Positions 22,924-37,663 are shown, counted from the first letter of the whole stretch. The stretch is DNA of 52,517 bases, filler included, from Diploschistes diacapsis (GCA_023645945.1; 3 parts of 3 records of this genome joined end to end with filler, not necessarily neighbours in it); one strand, 5' to 3'. Made by a program: numbers and translations. Notes: generated from the sequence alone by a model not told the origin.

Positions 22924-25900
22924 ATGTCGGCCGAACATCTTTTGGATCATTATAGGCTCGAGGCCGAGGTGTACACCGAGTACACGATACATCCGTCGTA
23001 TAGTTGCGGACCGCAGACGCGGCGTAAGGGACAAAGTCGCTATCAGATGGAGTCGAGTGGAATGCATTGGCGAAGGTGTATTCGGTAAGGTATGGAAAGA
23101 GCTGCGGAATCGGATCCGACAGATCGCAAGATGTCCGCGCCGTGAAGATTATAGAAAAGCAGCGAATGCACTCTTATAGGGTTGATTACAAGAAGGAGCT
23201 GTTGGCTTTAACAACGCTAGCTAATAAAGAGGTATGTAGCAATCTGAGACTGGATTGCACTTACGCATAGCTTCCTGCTTGTCAGTACTGAGAAGGAATA
23301 GTATCAAGAAGCGGGAGTATTTGTCACTTTCTTTGGCTGGTTTGAGACCGATCAAAGTGTCTTTCTCGCAATGGAATACATCTCAATGGGTGACCTCCCT
23401 CGCCACATCCCGGTTATATCAAGCGAAGATGAAGTGAGACAAATAACGATTGATTTGCTGGAGGGTGTCAAAATCATGCACCTGGAGGGGTTCGCCCACA
23501 GAGACATTAAGCCTCAGGTATGCAATTCAAACCCTCAGAATCTATTGGGTCGTGAGAACGCAATTTGTGGTATACCGGTTTGCTAATGCTGGCTCTTCTT
23601 TAACATAGAACCTCTTCGTTATGGAACGCCCTCCACATTCTGAAAGGTGGTGGGTCAAAATCGGCGACTTCGGGATTTCGAAGAGGGCGAAAAACGGCGA
23701 AACCGCATTACGAACTGAGGCTGGTACCATTCTCTTCCAAGCTCCGGAGATCTCAGGTTTCGTGGGCGAAGACATCGAAAGCTCTACGTATACCCATGCA
23801 GTGGACTTGTGGTCACTAGGCTGCCTCGTCTACAATCTAGCAGCTCAATGCGTACCTTTCCTTAAGCCAAGTCATGTCAACAGCTTCTGTCAAGAGCGCC
23901 TGAAATTCCCAGAAGCACCTTTACATCCTAGAATGCATCCAAATGGTATTGAGTTTGTTCAATGCTTACTTGTTCCCAAGCCAGCTCATCGACTATCCGC
24001 AGAAAATGCTCTCCAACATCCAGGGGTCCTTACACGACCAACACTTACTACTCACAATCAAGAGTCCATTGAAGATCTGCAAGGTCCGCTAGCAGATGTC
24101 CCGGCTGACCAGACAATTCAGAGTGCGTCAGGTAAGTATTCTAAGTCGACACGCGGCGAGATAGTCAAAGTAAATCTTGTTAATTTCTGAAGCAGAACAA
24201 CCTGCTCCGCTCAGCCTACCGTCTTCACCACGCTCAAACGAAGACTTTGCCCAACGCCAAGTAGAATCAGAAGTCGATATAATGGATACTGATTCAGCTG
24301 TGGTATATGGATCGGCTCCTCCCCCGGCCTCGGGCCTTGAAGTTTCGGAGCAGGTGGGTTTGTTAAGCACACTTGGGATGCAATTCCAGATATTAATATC
24401 GCATGTAATAAGGATATAAACTCAGAGAACTTCGAAGCTCCTCCCTTTCCTAGTGCGAGCACACCCGACTTAGGACAGGCCGAACAGAGCTCAGTCAATA
24501 CTTTCCGCGCTCTTCGGACGTGCCAATGGAACCTTTACAATCTCCTAACAAAACCCCAATACCAGCAGTAGTACCACATCCAGAATCAAACGTCTCTGAT
24601 GGTCACACTGGAAACTCAAATGCCACCTTAATGATTCTTCGACATTTGTCACAGCCATCGCTCTATCACCAGAAGGCACTCTCGTTGCAACAGGATTGGA
24701 GCGTGGGACAATCTTACTTTGGGATACTGCGAGCGGGACAGCTTACGGTACAGGTACGCTCAAGGGTCACAGAGGCTCCATTAGGCACATTGTGTTCTCG
24801 CTTGATAGCCGGTCCGCTGTATCTACGTCGTCAGATATGACAATTAGGATATGGGATGTAGCAACTGGCACGGCTCGACGCACGCTAGATAGCTCCAAGG
24901 CGATGCTCGCATCGGTCATCGCGATCTCCTCTGACAGTTACTATGTCGCCTCTGCTAATGGTTTCTCTGGAACGGTCAGAATCTGGAGCGTGTTAGATGG
25001 GCTACTAGTTCGTTCGATTAGTCAACATATAACTGGTGGGGTTAAGTCCCTTGCTTTCTCGCGGCACGGCGGTGAAATTGCGTCTGTGTCGCACTATGGA
25101 AGAGTCAGAATTGACAAATTTATAGGAGACTGGGCTGGTAGGTCGCTTCCGCGCCGTAGTTCTGGTTACGTTGCGTTTTCATCAAACGGAAAACACTTCG
25201 CTTGCGTGGGGGCATATCGAGGTCCGAGGTAGATGGACCAACGAGCACTGTAGCAAATACAACGTTTTTGAGTTCGATAAATTCAGAAGCTGAAACTTCC
25301 GATGCAGTATCTGAAAAGGCAGGCCACCCATCCCTAGTCGGAAAATGAGAAAATAACAGCTTCGTCACTGGGTGCATGCCGAGCGATTCTGGCAGTATAA
25401 GCAGTCCCACAAGTTCCTTGAATGACGAGCTTGCACGAAGTCCAGTTCATCCAGCAAGTCCAGTTCGTCAAGCAAATTCAGATGTCCCTAATAGTCTGGA
25501 GCTTTTCCCAATCGGCGGTGTGCGCCACTATCCTGAGGGGAAAACTGGCCTTACTCGTTTAAAAAAGAAGCTCCTAATCAAGCAGAAGCCTCCTTACAGT
25601 AGTTCTATACGTGATGATACTGGGAAAACGGCATCTGGGGGCACTCTTCTCGGTAGGAAGGTAAAGTCACTTTGGGATAAAGCGGCCGACGGTCATCCCA
25701 GTAAAGCGCTCGATTTCCTTCCTGGCAGAACGGTTCAGTCACATCTGCCGCTATCGAACTCTAAAGATCATCTATCAAAACAATTAGAGGGAAGGGCCAG
25801 CGAAAGATGATAGTGAAGCATCAGGTGATGACTGCAGCAAAGTGTCGCTGGACATCGTTACTGTTCCACAGAGGAAGATCCAACGACCAGAGTTGACAGT

Positions 25901-27416
25901 TCAAGCTCAACTACTTAAAAGTAAGTATAAATCAAGACCAGCAAAGGTTTTGAATCTCCGTATGCCACATCCACCTCGTTCAAGTGCCACTGAAACCCGT
26001 CGCAGTATAGTAGAAGATGTGGCATCACCACACCTACGTACGTACTCGAAGCTAGGAACGCGGCTCGAGCTTTCCCAACATAAGAAGAGTGACATACCTG
26101 AGGCTAGGCTACTATCAGGTACGTCCGAGCCACCAGTAGTAAATCAAGATCGACGAAAGAAAACTCCAATTATACATAGAATCAGTGCAGAGCAAATACC
26201 CTTGGCACCATCACCCATCCCGTGGCCAACAACAGGAATAGCAGAAAATCGTAAGGCACTGGAATATGGAATGGCAGAGGGCAGTTGGCCACAAGATGTA
26301 ATTCAGGGAAGGAAGGCAAACAAGCGAGAGCGCCTTACTCAGGTGCACAGTGATGACTCCGTCGATACTCGGCACACGAGAGATCGATCCCCAGACCTTA
26401 CTCGAGCGAGAGCAGACCCAAAGACCCTATGGCTCGACGGGGTTAGGGCTAGTCAGTATCGGAGCCTTGTGGATTTGGAGCATTATCAGGGCACTCAAGG
26501 CACGCAGCATACATCGGAGACGACAGGACCTGAAAGCCTAAAAGACTACAAGAGAGAAAGGGGAAGACTGCAGAATCAGATCGCAAGTCTCAAGTTTGGA
26601 AGTTTGGAAGACGGCTCGAGTGGGAGCGCTACGAGAGACCAGGGGGTAACGAAAGGTACTTCCAACAGCAGCAGCGTAGACTTGAACAGGAGGTCAAGGT
26701 TTGCGAGTACGAACTAGATGGACTGGAGCAGGAGTGGCGTAGGCGTCCAAAGCTTCAACAGGCTGCGGAGGACAAAGGAAGAGCAGTGGCGTTGTGGAAA
26801 GAAGAATCAAAAGGCAAGGAAAGGGCGCTCGCGGAGGAAAGAGATAAGGAGCTGGCAGATTTCAGAACGATGCTGCAAAGGGTGCTCGGAACGTAGACCC
26901 AAGCCGCGCAATTCAAGAGAAGAGCAACAGGCGCCCGAGAGTTCGATCTTTCACAGGGAGAGGAACGCAAATACAGGCCACGGACACGGTGGGGAATGGA
27001 AGAGGACCAACGTGCAAGACACGAGGAATACGAGCACGAAAGGTCAAGGGGAACGTCGCCTACAAATTAGAGAGCGGACCTCGGCAACTCCTGTGACCGG
27101 TCCAGTCCGATGCATCAACGGCCAGAAGATTCCGAGTGAACGTATGGAGAATGCACGTTCACGGCCATCTCGAGACGAGGTTGCTCTCGCGCGAACAATC
27201 CGACCTGATAAAAGCATGGATTCCTTGGTCGCCGCCATTCGAACGGACAGCAAGTGGATGATCTCCTACCCTGGGAACCCGCAGCGTTCAGCATCAGATC
27301 CACATCGAACCGGGCCAGGAGCCTCGCATGATAAAAAGGAAGAGTGGGAACCCCGGACCCCGGTTGCAGGACATCAGTCATGGCCTTATCAAAGTCACAA
27401 CGCAGAAGTTCGATAA
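22924..27416 (+). pseudogene. Ser/Thr protein kinase + WD40 repeats + long low-complexity/coiled-coil C-terminal region, broken by frameshifts and stops; 3' limit approximate
   Basis: MSAEHLLDHYRLEAEV..., frameshifts near 22993 and 23108, then IGEGVFGKVWKE, RAVKIIEK, HRDIKPQ|N, KIGDFGISK, APE, DLWSLG. WD40 repeats at about 24630-25230 (LKGHRGSIRHIVFSLDSRSAVSTSSDMTIRIWD). Charged coiled-coil-like frame near 26610-26897. Confidence 0.75.
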
Positions 27417-27809
27417 CCCGCCCACCGCCCTACGTCGAAACAAGCGCAGGACCTCCACAACTTTATCGGCAACTCCAGCCCACTTCGTTTCTCACTCAAA
27501 CCTGCGCGGCATCTTTTCCTTGCTGGATGGAGAAGGTGTTTCGGGCGCTTCTGGAGACATGCCAGGCGCCGCAAGAAGTATTTATGAGCTTTATCTCATT
27601 TGTGTAGGTCATTTGTCAGAGTGCCTCATGATGTTAATAGATATCGCAACGCTCTAAGATGAATATATACAATGTATGACCGGCGCATGCAAGCGTCGGA
27701 ATCTACTCTGCAGACTCTAATCTCGTCATGGATCTCGTGGTGATAACCAGGCTCCCAGTCTCACACCATTCTCCCCACCCTCGTAAACACGCCCAGAAGC
27801 ACTCGCTCT

Positions 27810-29833
27810 CTACTGCTGCTTCTTCTTCTTCTTCTGCTCCCGCATATTCTTCCACCGCATAACCCAGCAGCAGAACGGAAACAGCGCCGTATTCATCGCC
27901 GCCCACGCGAACAAGATGCCGAAGTTCAGCCCGAGCCGCGAATGCAGATCGAACAGCACCGTGCGGCTGGCCTCGACGATGTTGTGCAGCGGCCAGGCGT
28001 AGCCCCAGCGGAAGAAGCCGGGCGAGAGCTCGAGGGCGTAGAAGGAGGTGCTGACGTTGGTGATGACCCAGAAGATGAGCCAGAGCGCGGTCCAGGGCAT
28101 GCCGATGACCATGGCGACGTTCTCGCAGGCCATGCCGAGGGCTATCATGCCGCTGTTGAAAGAGCAACATTAGTCAAGGAGATTAAACGAATGCGCGGGC
28201 TTTTAGGAGAAGGGATGTGCAGAAGGGAATCGCGGTGGAAAAGTGAGGACCTACACATAGTTGATCATCCAGTACACCGGGAACGTGCCGTACCCAAAAG
28301 CGTTCGGATTCGTCGACGTCACGTAGTGCGAGCCTTGGGGTTGTCCGAAGGGGATCTGGAAGGCGAGACTGACGAAGGAATACGCCAGGCTCAGGAATAG
28401 GTAGGCTATGATTGTCGCGGACCAGCGCCATATAATGACTTGGTAGAACTTGAGTGGCGGGTGGCTCGGGTCGAGAAACTGCATGTGGATAGGCAGGAAG
28501 AAGGAGAAACTGAAGAATGAGATGATGATCAGATAGATGAGGCCGATCGAGACAGCGGGGATAGCCGTGTAAGGCACGAAGGGTCGGAGCTGAAAGGTCG
28601 CGAAGCCTATACCTGGCGAAACGGCTTGGGGCGCTTTCTCGAGATTCGTGCGGGGGATGCTCGTGTTGGAAAGCACTTGCTTGGCCCACTTCTCGCCGAA
28701 TTCCATGGTGATTTGAGTCTGAAGAGTCTGCATGTTTGGGTAGATGTAGTCGTAGTAGGAATCCTGGTCGCGAGCTTCAACATAAATGAGCTGGATCGCG
28801 CCCGTAGGGTCGTAGGAGGAGTTGCCTGTTTCAACGGCCTGGCGGAGGAGGGTGGTGGCGTTGGAGTTGACAACGATCGCTGCAAAGGCCTCTTGTTGGT
28901 AGATGGCTTCGCGGACGGCAAGATGGTCATAGTTGTAGGCCGAAGGGGGAATAGTGATGAAGCCGAGATGGGGCATCTTGTTTTCTTCGATGATGGATTC
29001 GGTCATTTGCGTGACCATTGGACCTACAAGGGCATCCGGCTGGGTCTCGAAATTGACTACAAAGACGATGATCGAGTTGAGGTTGTCGTCGACGTTGGAC
29101 AGAACGGCCCAATAGAGGGACAGGATTGCTAGGATGAATGTACACAGCATGGCAGCTGGACAAGTTAGTGACATATTTACGCCGAAGGAGAGGAATGCCA
29201 ACTCATGAACGCCCATCGCCGTAGCACAAGCAATCGCGTCTTGCTCAAGCTCTTATCCCAAAAGCCGACAGGTTTCGGCGGGCCTTCTTTTCCCTTTTCT
29301 TCGTCGGTGTTCTGTGATGATGCCGCTTCCCTCGACGCTCGATCGGCTCGATCGGTCTTCTCTTCTTCATTTGGATCACCAGGGATATATCGTCCCTCCT
29401 TTAAGCCAATCTCAATAATCGGTCGGCCTTCGCTGTCACGGATCCATAGGGATGACGAAGGGTGTCTGCTGCGCTTCTGGCGGTATACGGGATCAGGTGC
29501 ACGTGGGAGCCCATAGGGCTCAGTCTCCTTCTCGTGGCGCAGCGAGTCCTCGCTACTATGCTGATGGCTGATTGCGCCAGGCCCTGCCTCTTCGCCTTTT
29601 CCGTGAAGATAGTTGTGCCTTATTGTATCCGAAGAGAAAGGCCTTGGCAATCTCCGACCCTCCTGCTCGAAACTTCGATGCACAGGGTCAGCTTCATCAA
29701 AGTATGGATGTCCATTCTGGTTGAACTGCACATTGTGGAAACTTTCGCTTGATCGGTGGCTTCCTCTTGGAGTCCTGCTGTTGGGCCCTGGTGTCAGCGT
29801 CGTCAGCGATTCCCTGCCCAAGTGCGACGTCAT
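27810..29833 (-). CDS. SNG1: SNG1-family (DUF3533) multi-pass membrane protein, nitrosoguanidine-resistance-like; exons approx. 29833-29203, 29155-28255, 28152-27810
   Basis: FILAILSLYWAVL, SYDPTGAIQLIYVEARD, SIGLIYLIIISFFSFSFFLPIH, WLIFWVITNVSTSFY, YAWPLHNIVEASR; canonical introns. Confidence 0.88.
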
Positions 29834-30469
29834 TGTTGGGATTATCTAATCAAGACCTCGGGGGCCAATCGTCGGCCAGCAAAGAGCTGAGAGCTGCGCT
29901 TAGGGACGGGAAAAAAGGACGAGACTTTCCTGGAGGCCGATTGTTGGAGGTCGAACTTGATAAAGCGGAAGGAAGAAAGTCATGATGCAAAATCATTTTA
30001 AGAGAACTAATGGCCGAAGCTGAAAAAGCATGCGTCAAAGTTTGAAAGATCGGAGTTCGTGATGTCAACATGCGAGAACTCCAATTCGCCGCACACGGTC
30101 CGACTTTGAATCTCTCCTCGGTAAAGTCGGCAATCGCTTTACCGAAATCTGCATCATTTAGCACGGATTGGACGATGGACCCCAAAAATTCTGTGTCCAC
30201 AGCATGGTGCCATTTCCATATTAGTACGAGGCCATCGATTTCTCTCAGGGTACAGATGTGTAAATATTGGCTTCTCAACCAATTGCCGGATGCCATGCCG
30301 TGGTTCTAACATTCCATACCGTATTGTGTCATGTTTCGACAATCTTATAAGCCTCAGATGGCATTGAATTCATTGTGCAATCAGGCAATGCTACTCGACT
30401 GGAGTCAGCAGACACGCGGATATGACGGCTGCTGGCGATGCGGCGAGTGACTCTAAAAGAAGCACGTTG

Positions 30470-31405
30470 TCACATTCCCGCCCATTCTATGCAGAATGTC
30501 CTGACATGGTTTTCTTCCTCTCGGCCTTCCGAGCCTTCGGGTCCCCCAAGCAGGTAGCTTTTCTTAACTCCTGTGCCTAGTCTCCCACCTCCGATAATAT
30601 CAAGCAAGTCAATCTTCTCATTCCAATCCAGCCCTACTGCCAAAAAGTGACTGTGGTAGCGCAATGGATCGCCTGGATAAGCCGTGTATTGGCATCCGAA
30701 GCGAAGCCCGGGAGAGATGAAGTAACCCTTTTTATGAAGATGTTTGAAAAGTGCGTAAGATGCGATACTTACATCTGGCAAGGAGAGTTCAGACCGGACA
30801 AGAGGTGCTGTGAGCGGAGGGTAACTCGTAGTTGGCGTTATTCCCCACGAGTTTGTATCAGCACCGGCAACACTCGGACCCGCATGAGCTTGCGGATGCT
30901 CAATCGAGCCAAATAGGGATTCGGCACCGTTTGAAGGGTCTGAGACCCCATTTGCATTGTCCGCATCTTGTACGCTTGGCGTCGTGCATCTGTCCAGTTC
31001 AAGCCTCTTCAAAACCCGTTCAGTATTTTCCGCCTTTTTGCTCTGTGATGTCTTAGCAGCCTCCATGCCTTTACTGGTTAGTTCCCGCTGAAATCCTTGC
31101 AGCCGATCCTTGCCGAAATTTTGGAGCCCTTCATGGTGCCATTCCTGGTCATGGACAATATATGCGAGACCAGATTCGACGAGTAAACGAGCTTCTTCCG
31201 GCATCAATTCTAGCGGCAGACCAAGAAAGACATTCTGCTGAGGGATTTGAGGTAGAGTGCCAATGAGCACGCCCAGAATGTGATGTTCACATCGCAACCA
31301 GGTGATCACGTCGACATCAAACAGGATGTACTTTTCCGCAGTAGACGAGATACATGATATTTGAAATGGAAGCTCAGGAGCGGCATGTTCAGTCGAGCTA
31401 GCCAT
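30470..31405 (-). CDS. SEN34: tRNA-splicing endonuclease catalytic subunit Sen34, intronless
   Basis: GVLIGTLPQIPQQNVFLGLPLELMPEEA, GYFISPGLRFGCQYTAYPGDPLRYHSHF, GGGRLGTGVKK. Confidence 0.95.
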   Translation of the reverse strand: MASSTEHAAPELPFQISCISSTAEKYILFDVDVITWLRCEHHILGVLIGTLPQIPQQNVFLGLPLELMPEEARLLVESGLAYIVHDQEWHHEGLQNFGKDRLQGFQRELTSKGMEAAKTSQSKKAENTERVLKRLELDRCTTPSVQDADNANGVSDPSNGAESLFGSIEHPQAHAGPSVAGADTNSWGITPTTSYPPLTAPLVRSELSLPDVSIASYALFKHLHKKGYFISPGLRFGCQYTAYPGDPLRYHSHFLAVGLDWNEKIDLLDIIGGGRLGTGVKKSYLLGGPEGSEGREEENHVRTFCIEWAGM

Positions 31406-31838
31406 CGTTACGTGAATCCGAGGTGCCCATTGGGTTGGCCAAAAAACTAGTAACACGAGAAGCAGTTAGTAGCTCATCTAGAAGGTGTCGTGAGAGCATC
31501 ATAGACGAGGAGGAGGGGCTGGTGTCATATCTAGAGCTAAAAGGTCTTCTACAGTAACCAATGAAGGTTTCAGTGGATTGACAGATTGAATTTTTGATTG
31601 TAATCATAGAAGCTTGCGTGTTGATTGAAAGCAATGGTTGATGAACGTACCTTCAGCACCAAATTATTTGTCCTGCAGCATCAAACCATGCTGCCAATTT
31701 CATACGATGTTGTGGACTGACTCCATGTTCAAGAGTGAAGATTGTGGGATTCTCCAACTCAACACCAAACATCTGCAGAAGGCTTTGTATACAGAGATTT
31801 TTTGTGGACAAAGAGGTCGCTTACCTAATAGGGTAGAA

Positions 31839-31871
31839 TGTGGCTCAATTGTGGCTCAATTGTGGCTCAAT
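31839..31871. repeat. Three tandem copies of TGTGGCTCAAT in the SEN34/homocitrate synthase divergent intergenic region
   Basis: Exact 11-mer x3, followed by a degenerate copy. Confidence 0.85.
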
Positions 31872-32020
31872 TGTGTGGCTAATGGGGTCGAGAGTTGAGT
31901 TAGCTATCTAGTAGACTAATATAGTAATAGAGCAGAATAAGCCTTGGCATTTTACCCACTGACGTCCCCAGAACTTGTTGGTGGGGGTCCTTATTCACAA
32001 ACTGCAATTTTCAATTCCCG

Positions 32021-32027
32021 TGACTCA
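32021..32027 (+). promoter_or_regulatory. Gcn4/CpcA (cross-pathway control) consensus site TGACTCA about 110 nt upstream of the homocitrate synthase ATG
   Basis: Perfect consensus directly upstream of an amino-acid biosynthesis gene, the established target class. Confidence 0.7.
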
Positions 32028-32136
32028 CAAGTGCGTGCATGTTCACAGGGGAAGATAAATACCAGGCGAGCTTTACAATTGACTATTCAACATCTTGTAA
32101 AGGCTCTGCTAGTCCTATAACTAGAAACTAGGCATC

Positions 32137-34572
<2,436 letters not shown>

Positions 34573-35014
34573 TTTACTGCGCAGCTCGCTTGTACGTGGT
34601 CTCGCAACAGGGGAGGGTGGAAAAGCGACCCTGCCTCTAGGCAGGGGGAAATACGAATGTGTCGAGCATGTCTTCGATTGAGATAGATACCACAGCTGGC
34701 ATAAATCAAGTACATGGGGGTGCCAAACGAACACGCCTAACAGGCACTCACAAGTGAAAACACGACATCAGTTCATATTATTGTTCCTTATGTACTCAGC
34801 TTCCCATAGGTTGAAGAAGCCGAGCTTATGATAGAAGATTTGATCACTCCACAGTGTAGTAGAGGCACTTGTCCGAAAGCTCGCTGCAACGGACAGTCAC
34901 TATTCACGGGCAATGGAGAACAGCCCACCTCGCCGTCCCCTTCAGCCGGAACGGGATACATTTAATAACGAACTATTCCCGTCGTAATGGTACTTTGCAA
35001 CATGCAAACAAACC

Positions 35015-35114
35015 NNNNNNNNNNNNNNNNNNNNNNNNNNNNNNNNNNNNNNNNNNNNTTAATTAATTAANNNNNNNNNNNNNNNNNNNNNNNNNNNNNN
35101 NNNNNNNNNNNNNN
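35015..35114. other. Artificial assembly spacer (44 N + TTAATTAATTAA + 44 N)
   Basis: Same structure as 17473-17572. Confidence 0.97.
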
Positions 35115-35971
35115 TTAATAAATAGATAGAACTATTATTCTCCCATTTTACCTATAAAGGATAAAATAGCCTCCAAAGTTTTCTATTTATCACGTGATTA
35201 GTATCAGTATGATTAAACTATATATAAGGAATGGTTAGGAAGATGCCCGATCAGCTATGAAGTGCCAAATGAACTACCACCTAGTTACTTAGATCGTAAC
35301 ATATACTTCCGTGAATCCACGAACACGGACACCGCAGCTAAAAAATCTAAAATACTGACACTGACACTATCAGTGTCAGTGACGGCTAGCCTAGTTTAGC
35401 GAAACACGGCAAGTCGCTTAAATACATTTGTTACTTATTTTGCCGGTTTTGCCAGTTTCGCTAACCTTGCGGATTTTCGCGGTATTTCGCCGCCAAAAAC
35501 TTTTCATGATGTAAACATACTAATCCGTAACTATCGTCCTCCCTTTCGCTTAAGAATTAATTAAAACCAACGGTTATCGGATTATCCCAAAAAACACTAA
35601 AAAACATGCAGCAGCGAGAATTCCCAGATGGTCACCCACTCCAGTACTAGTTCACCGGTCTACAGATTAGATTGGCAGATCGGACGGGATACCTCGTTCT
35701 CTGTAGCCTATGGCCGCATGTGAGAGATCTTGTTCTTAAAGGGAAATATATATACCTTTGATATAATAATAATTAAGGTACTAAGTGGTTAACAAGCTAG
35801 GCTCAAGTTAGATTGTGTGTACTGTAGCTTGAAGATACCACTTCAGGCTGTGATAAGAATAGTACCATCTTTGGATAACTTTGCTTGCGTCTCCTACTCT
35901 AGTCTTTGCCTCGTTTGTGTAGCGTGGTTATAATACTAGATAATAGTCCGTCTTGCTGCTTCGCTACCAAG

Positions 35972-37663
35972 ATGAATGTTTTGGGGTCCTTGAGGCGCTT
36001 CGCGCTACACCGTGGAGCAATCAGTCCGAACTATCCGAGATACTTGCCATGGAGGCATACACGGCCTTTCCATGGCTCTTGCTCCCTAACAACAGATGGA
36101 GTGCATCCTGAACTCACAGCCATGAGAGTACGAGTACCCTGGATCGAGGCATTCAGGGAGCAGCAGAATATCGGCAGCCAAGTGGAAGCCACCGCTCCCC
36201 CGTCTGTGAAAGCAACAGAACGTGACTTATCCCCAAGGAAGATGTCAGCTAGCTTCCACAGCATAGTAGGCGCAAACGAGTGACCTCTTGTCGAGCTATG
36301 TGCTTATTGGGGTTTCGGTAGTAGATACTCCCGCTTGCTCAGGATCCTTGGCTTTCGGATAATTACCTGAATGCTACTGGCCACATCAGGTTTGTCGATT
36401 TCCTACAGTAGAGATCTAGCCTGATCAACGCAGGCTCGGCACGCTCTTCATGGACTTGGACGCCCTGTCTGGAATCATTGCTTACAAGCATACAGGGGAG
36501 TCTGTCATGACAGTCACTGCTGCGGTGGACCGCATCACGATCAAGAATCAGCTGACGGAGCTATGCGATCTGCAGCTATCAGGGCAAGTATCATTCGCTA
36601 CCGGCCGCAGCAGCATGGAAATCTCCTGCCAGATAGCTAGGGCCCCAAAAGGGGGTGCTGAGACTGCACCGGGCGACGTATTACTGACTTGCACTTTTAC
36701 CATGGTCTCCCTAGATCCTGCCACCAAAAATCCTGTTGCTATTGCACCACTTCAGATAGAAAGTCCGGACGAACAGGCCATATATGATTTGGGGGAAAAG
36801 AACTACCAAGCGAAAAAGGCCCTAGCGAGCGTCGCGCTTCGGAAAACATCGCCAAACGCTGAAGAGGGCAGCCTCATCCACAAGATGTGGTTGAAGCAAC
36901 TGGATTACCAGGGTGAGTTTTTTTCCTTACGACAATACCGCCATTACCGATGTGCATGGATCGCTTAGTCGTTCAACGCCAGACTCGAGCACGCCGACGA
37001 ACAAGCCGGCGAAGGTCATCTACATGGAAAGCACACGGCTCCATTCGGCGCAGATCATGCAACCACAGGTAGGTCTTTGCCATCGCCATGCACCCAAGCC
37101 AAAATCTCTGACAACCGCGCACCCAGTACCGCAACCGCCACAACTTCATGATCTTCGGCGGCTACCTCCTCAAGCAGACCTTCGAGCTGGCCTTCAGCTG
37201 CGCCGCCTCCTTCAGCCACACCCGGCCCACTTTTCTCAGCCTCGACCCCAGCACCTTCCAGAACCCTGTCCCCGTCGGCTCCGTGCTCTATCTAACAGCG
37301 ACGGTCGCCTACACCGACAAGCAGCCCGCCACAGCCAACAGCGACGACAACAGCCACAATCCAGTGGGACGCCCCACCGAGGAAGGACAAGAAAAGGGGG
37401 AAGAAGCCTTCAGCCGCGTCCAAGTGCGCGTGGACTCCAAGGTGCGGAACGTCGAGCACGGCGAAACCAAGCCGACGGGCCAGTTCAACTACACCTTCCT
37501 CGTGAAGAAGGACGTTGAGGTCATGCCGCGCACGTACTCGGAGTTTATGATCTGGACGGATGCCCGGCGGCGCGCGCAGCGGGTGGACGCCAGTCTTGGC
37601 TCCTGCGGCGCCGGGCAGCGGCACGGGCAGCGGCAGCGGACGGAACAGAGCGTGACGGAGTAG
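35972..37663 (+). CDS. Double hot-dog acyl-CoA thioesterase (ACOT9-like), probably mitochondrial, multi-exon
   Basis: MDLDALSGIIAYKH, VTAAVDRI, GQVSFATGRSSMEI, RNRHNFMIFGGYLLKQTFELAF; Arg-rich N-terminus resembling a transit peptide. Confidence 0.9.

Noticed and set aside
6777..27416. Treating the NLR and the kinase/pseudokinase pair as one immune gene cluster
   Set aside because: They are separated by housekeeping genes and an artificial contig join at 17473-17572, so physical linkage is unproven.
29850..30296. 148-aa minus-strand ORF between SNG1 and SEN34
   Set aside because: Lies in the SNG1 promoter/SEN34 3' region and has no recognisable domain.
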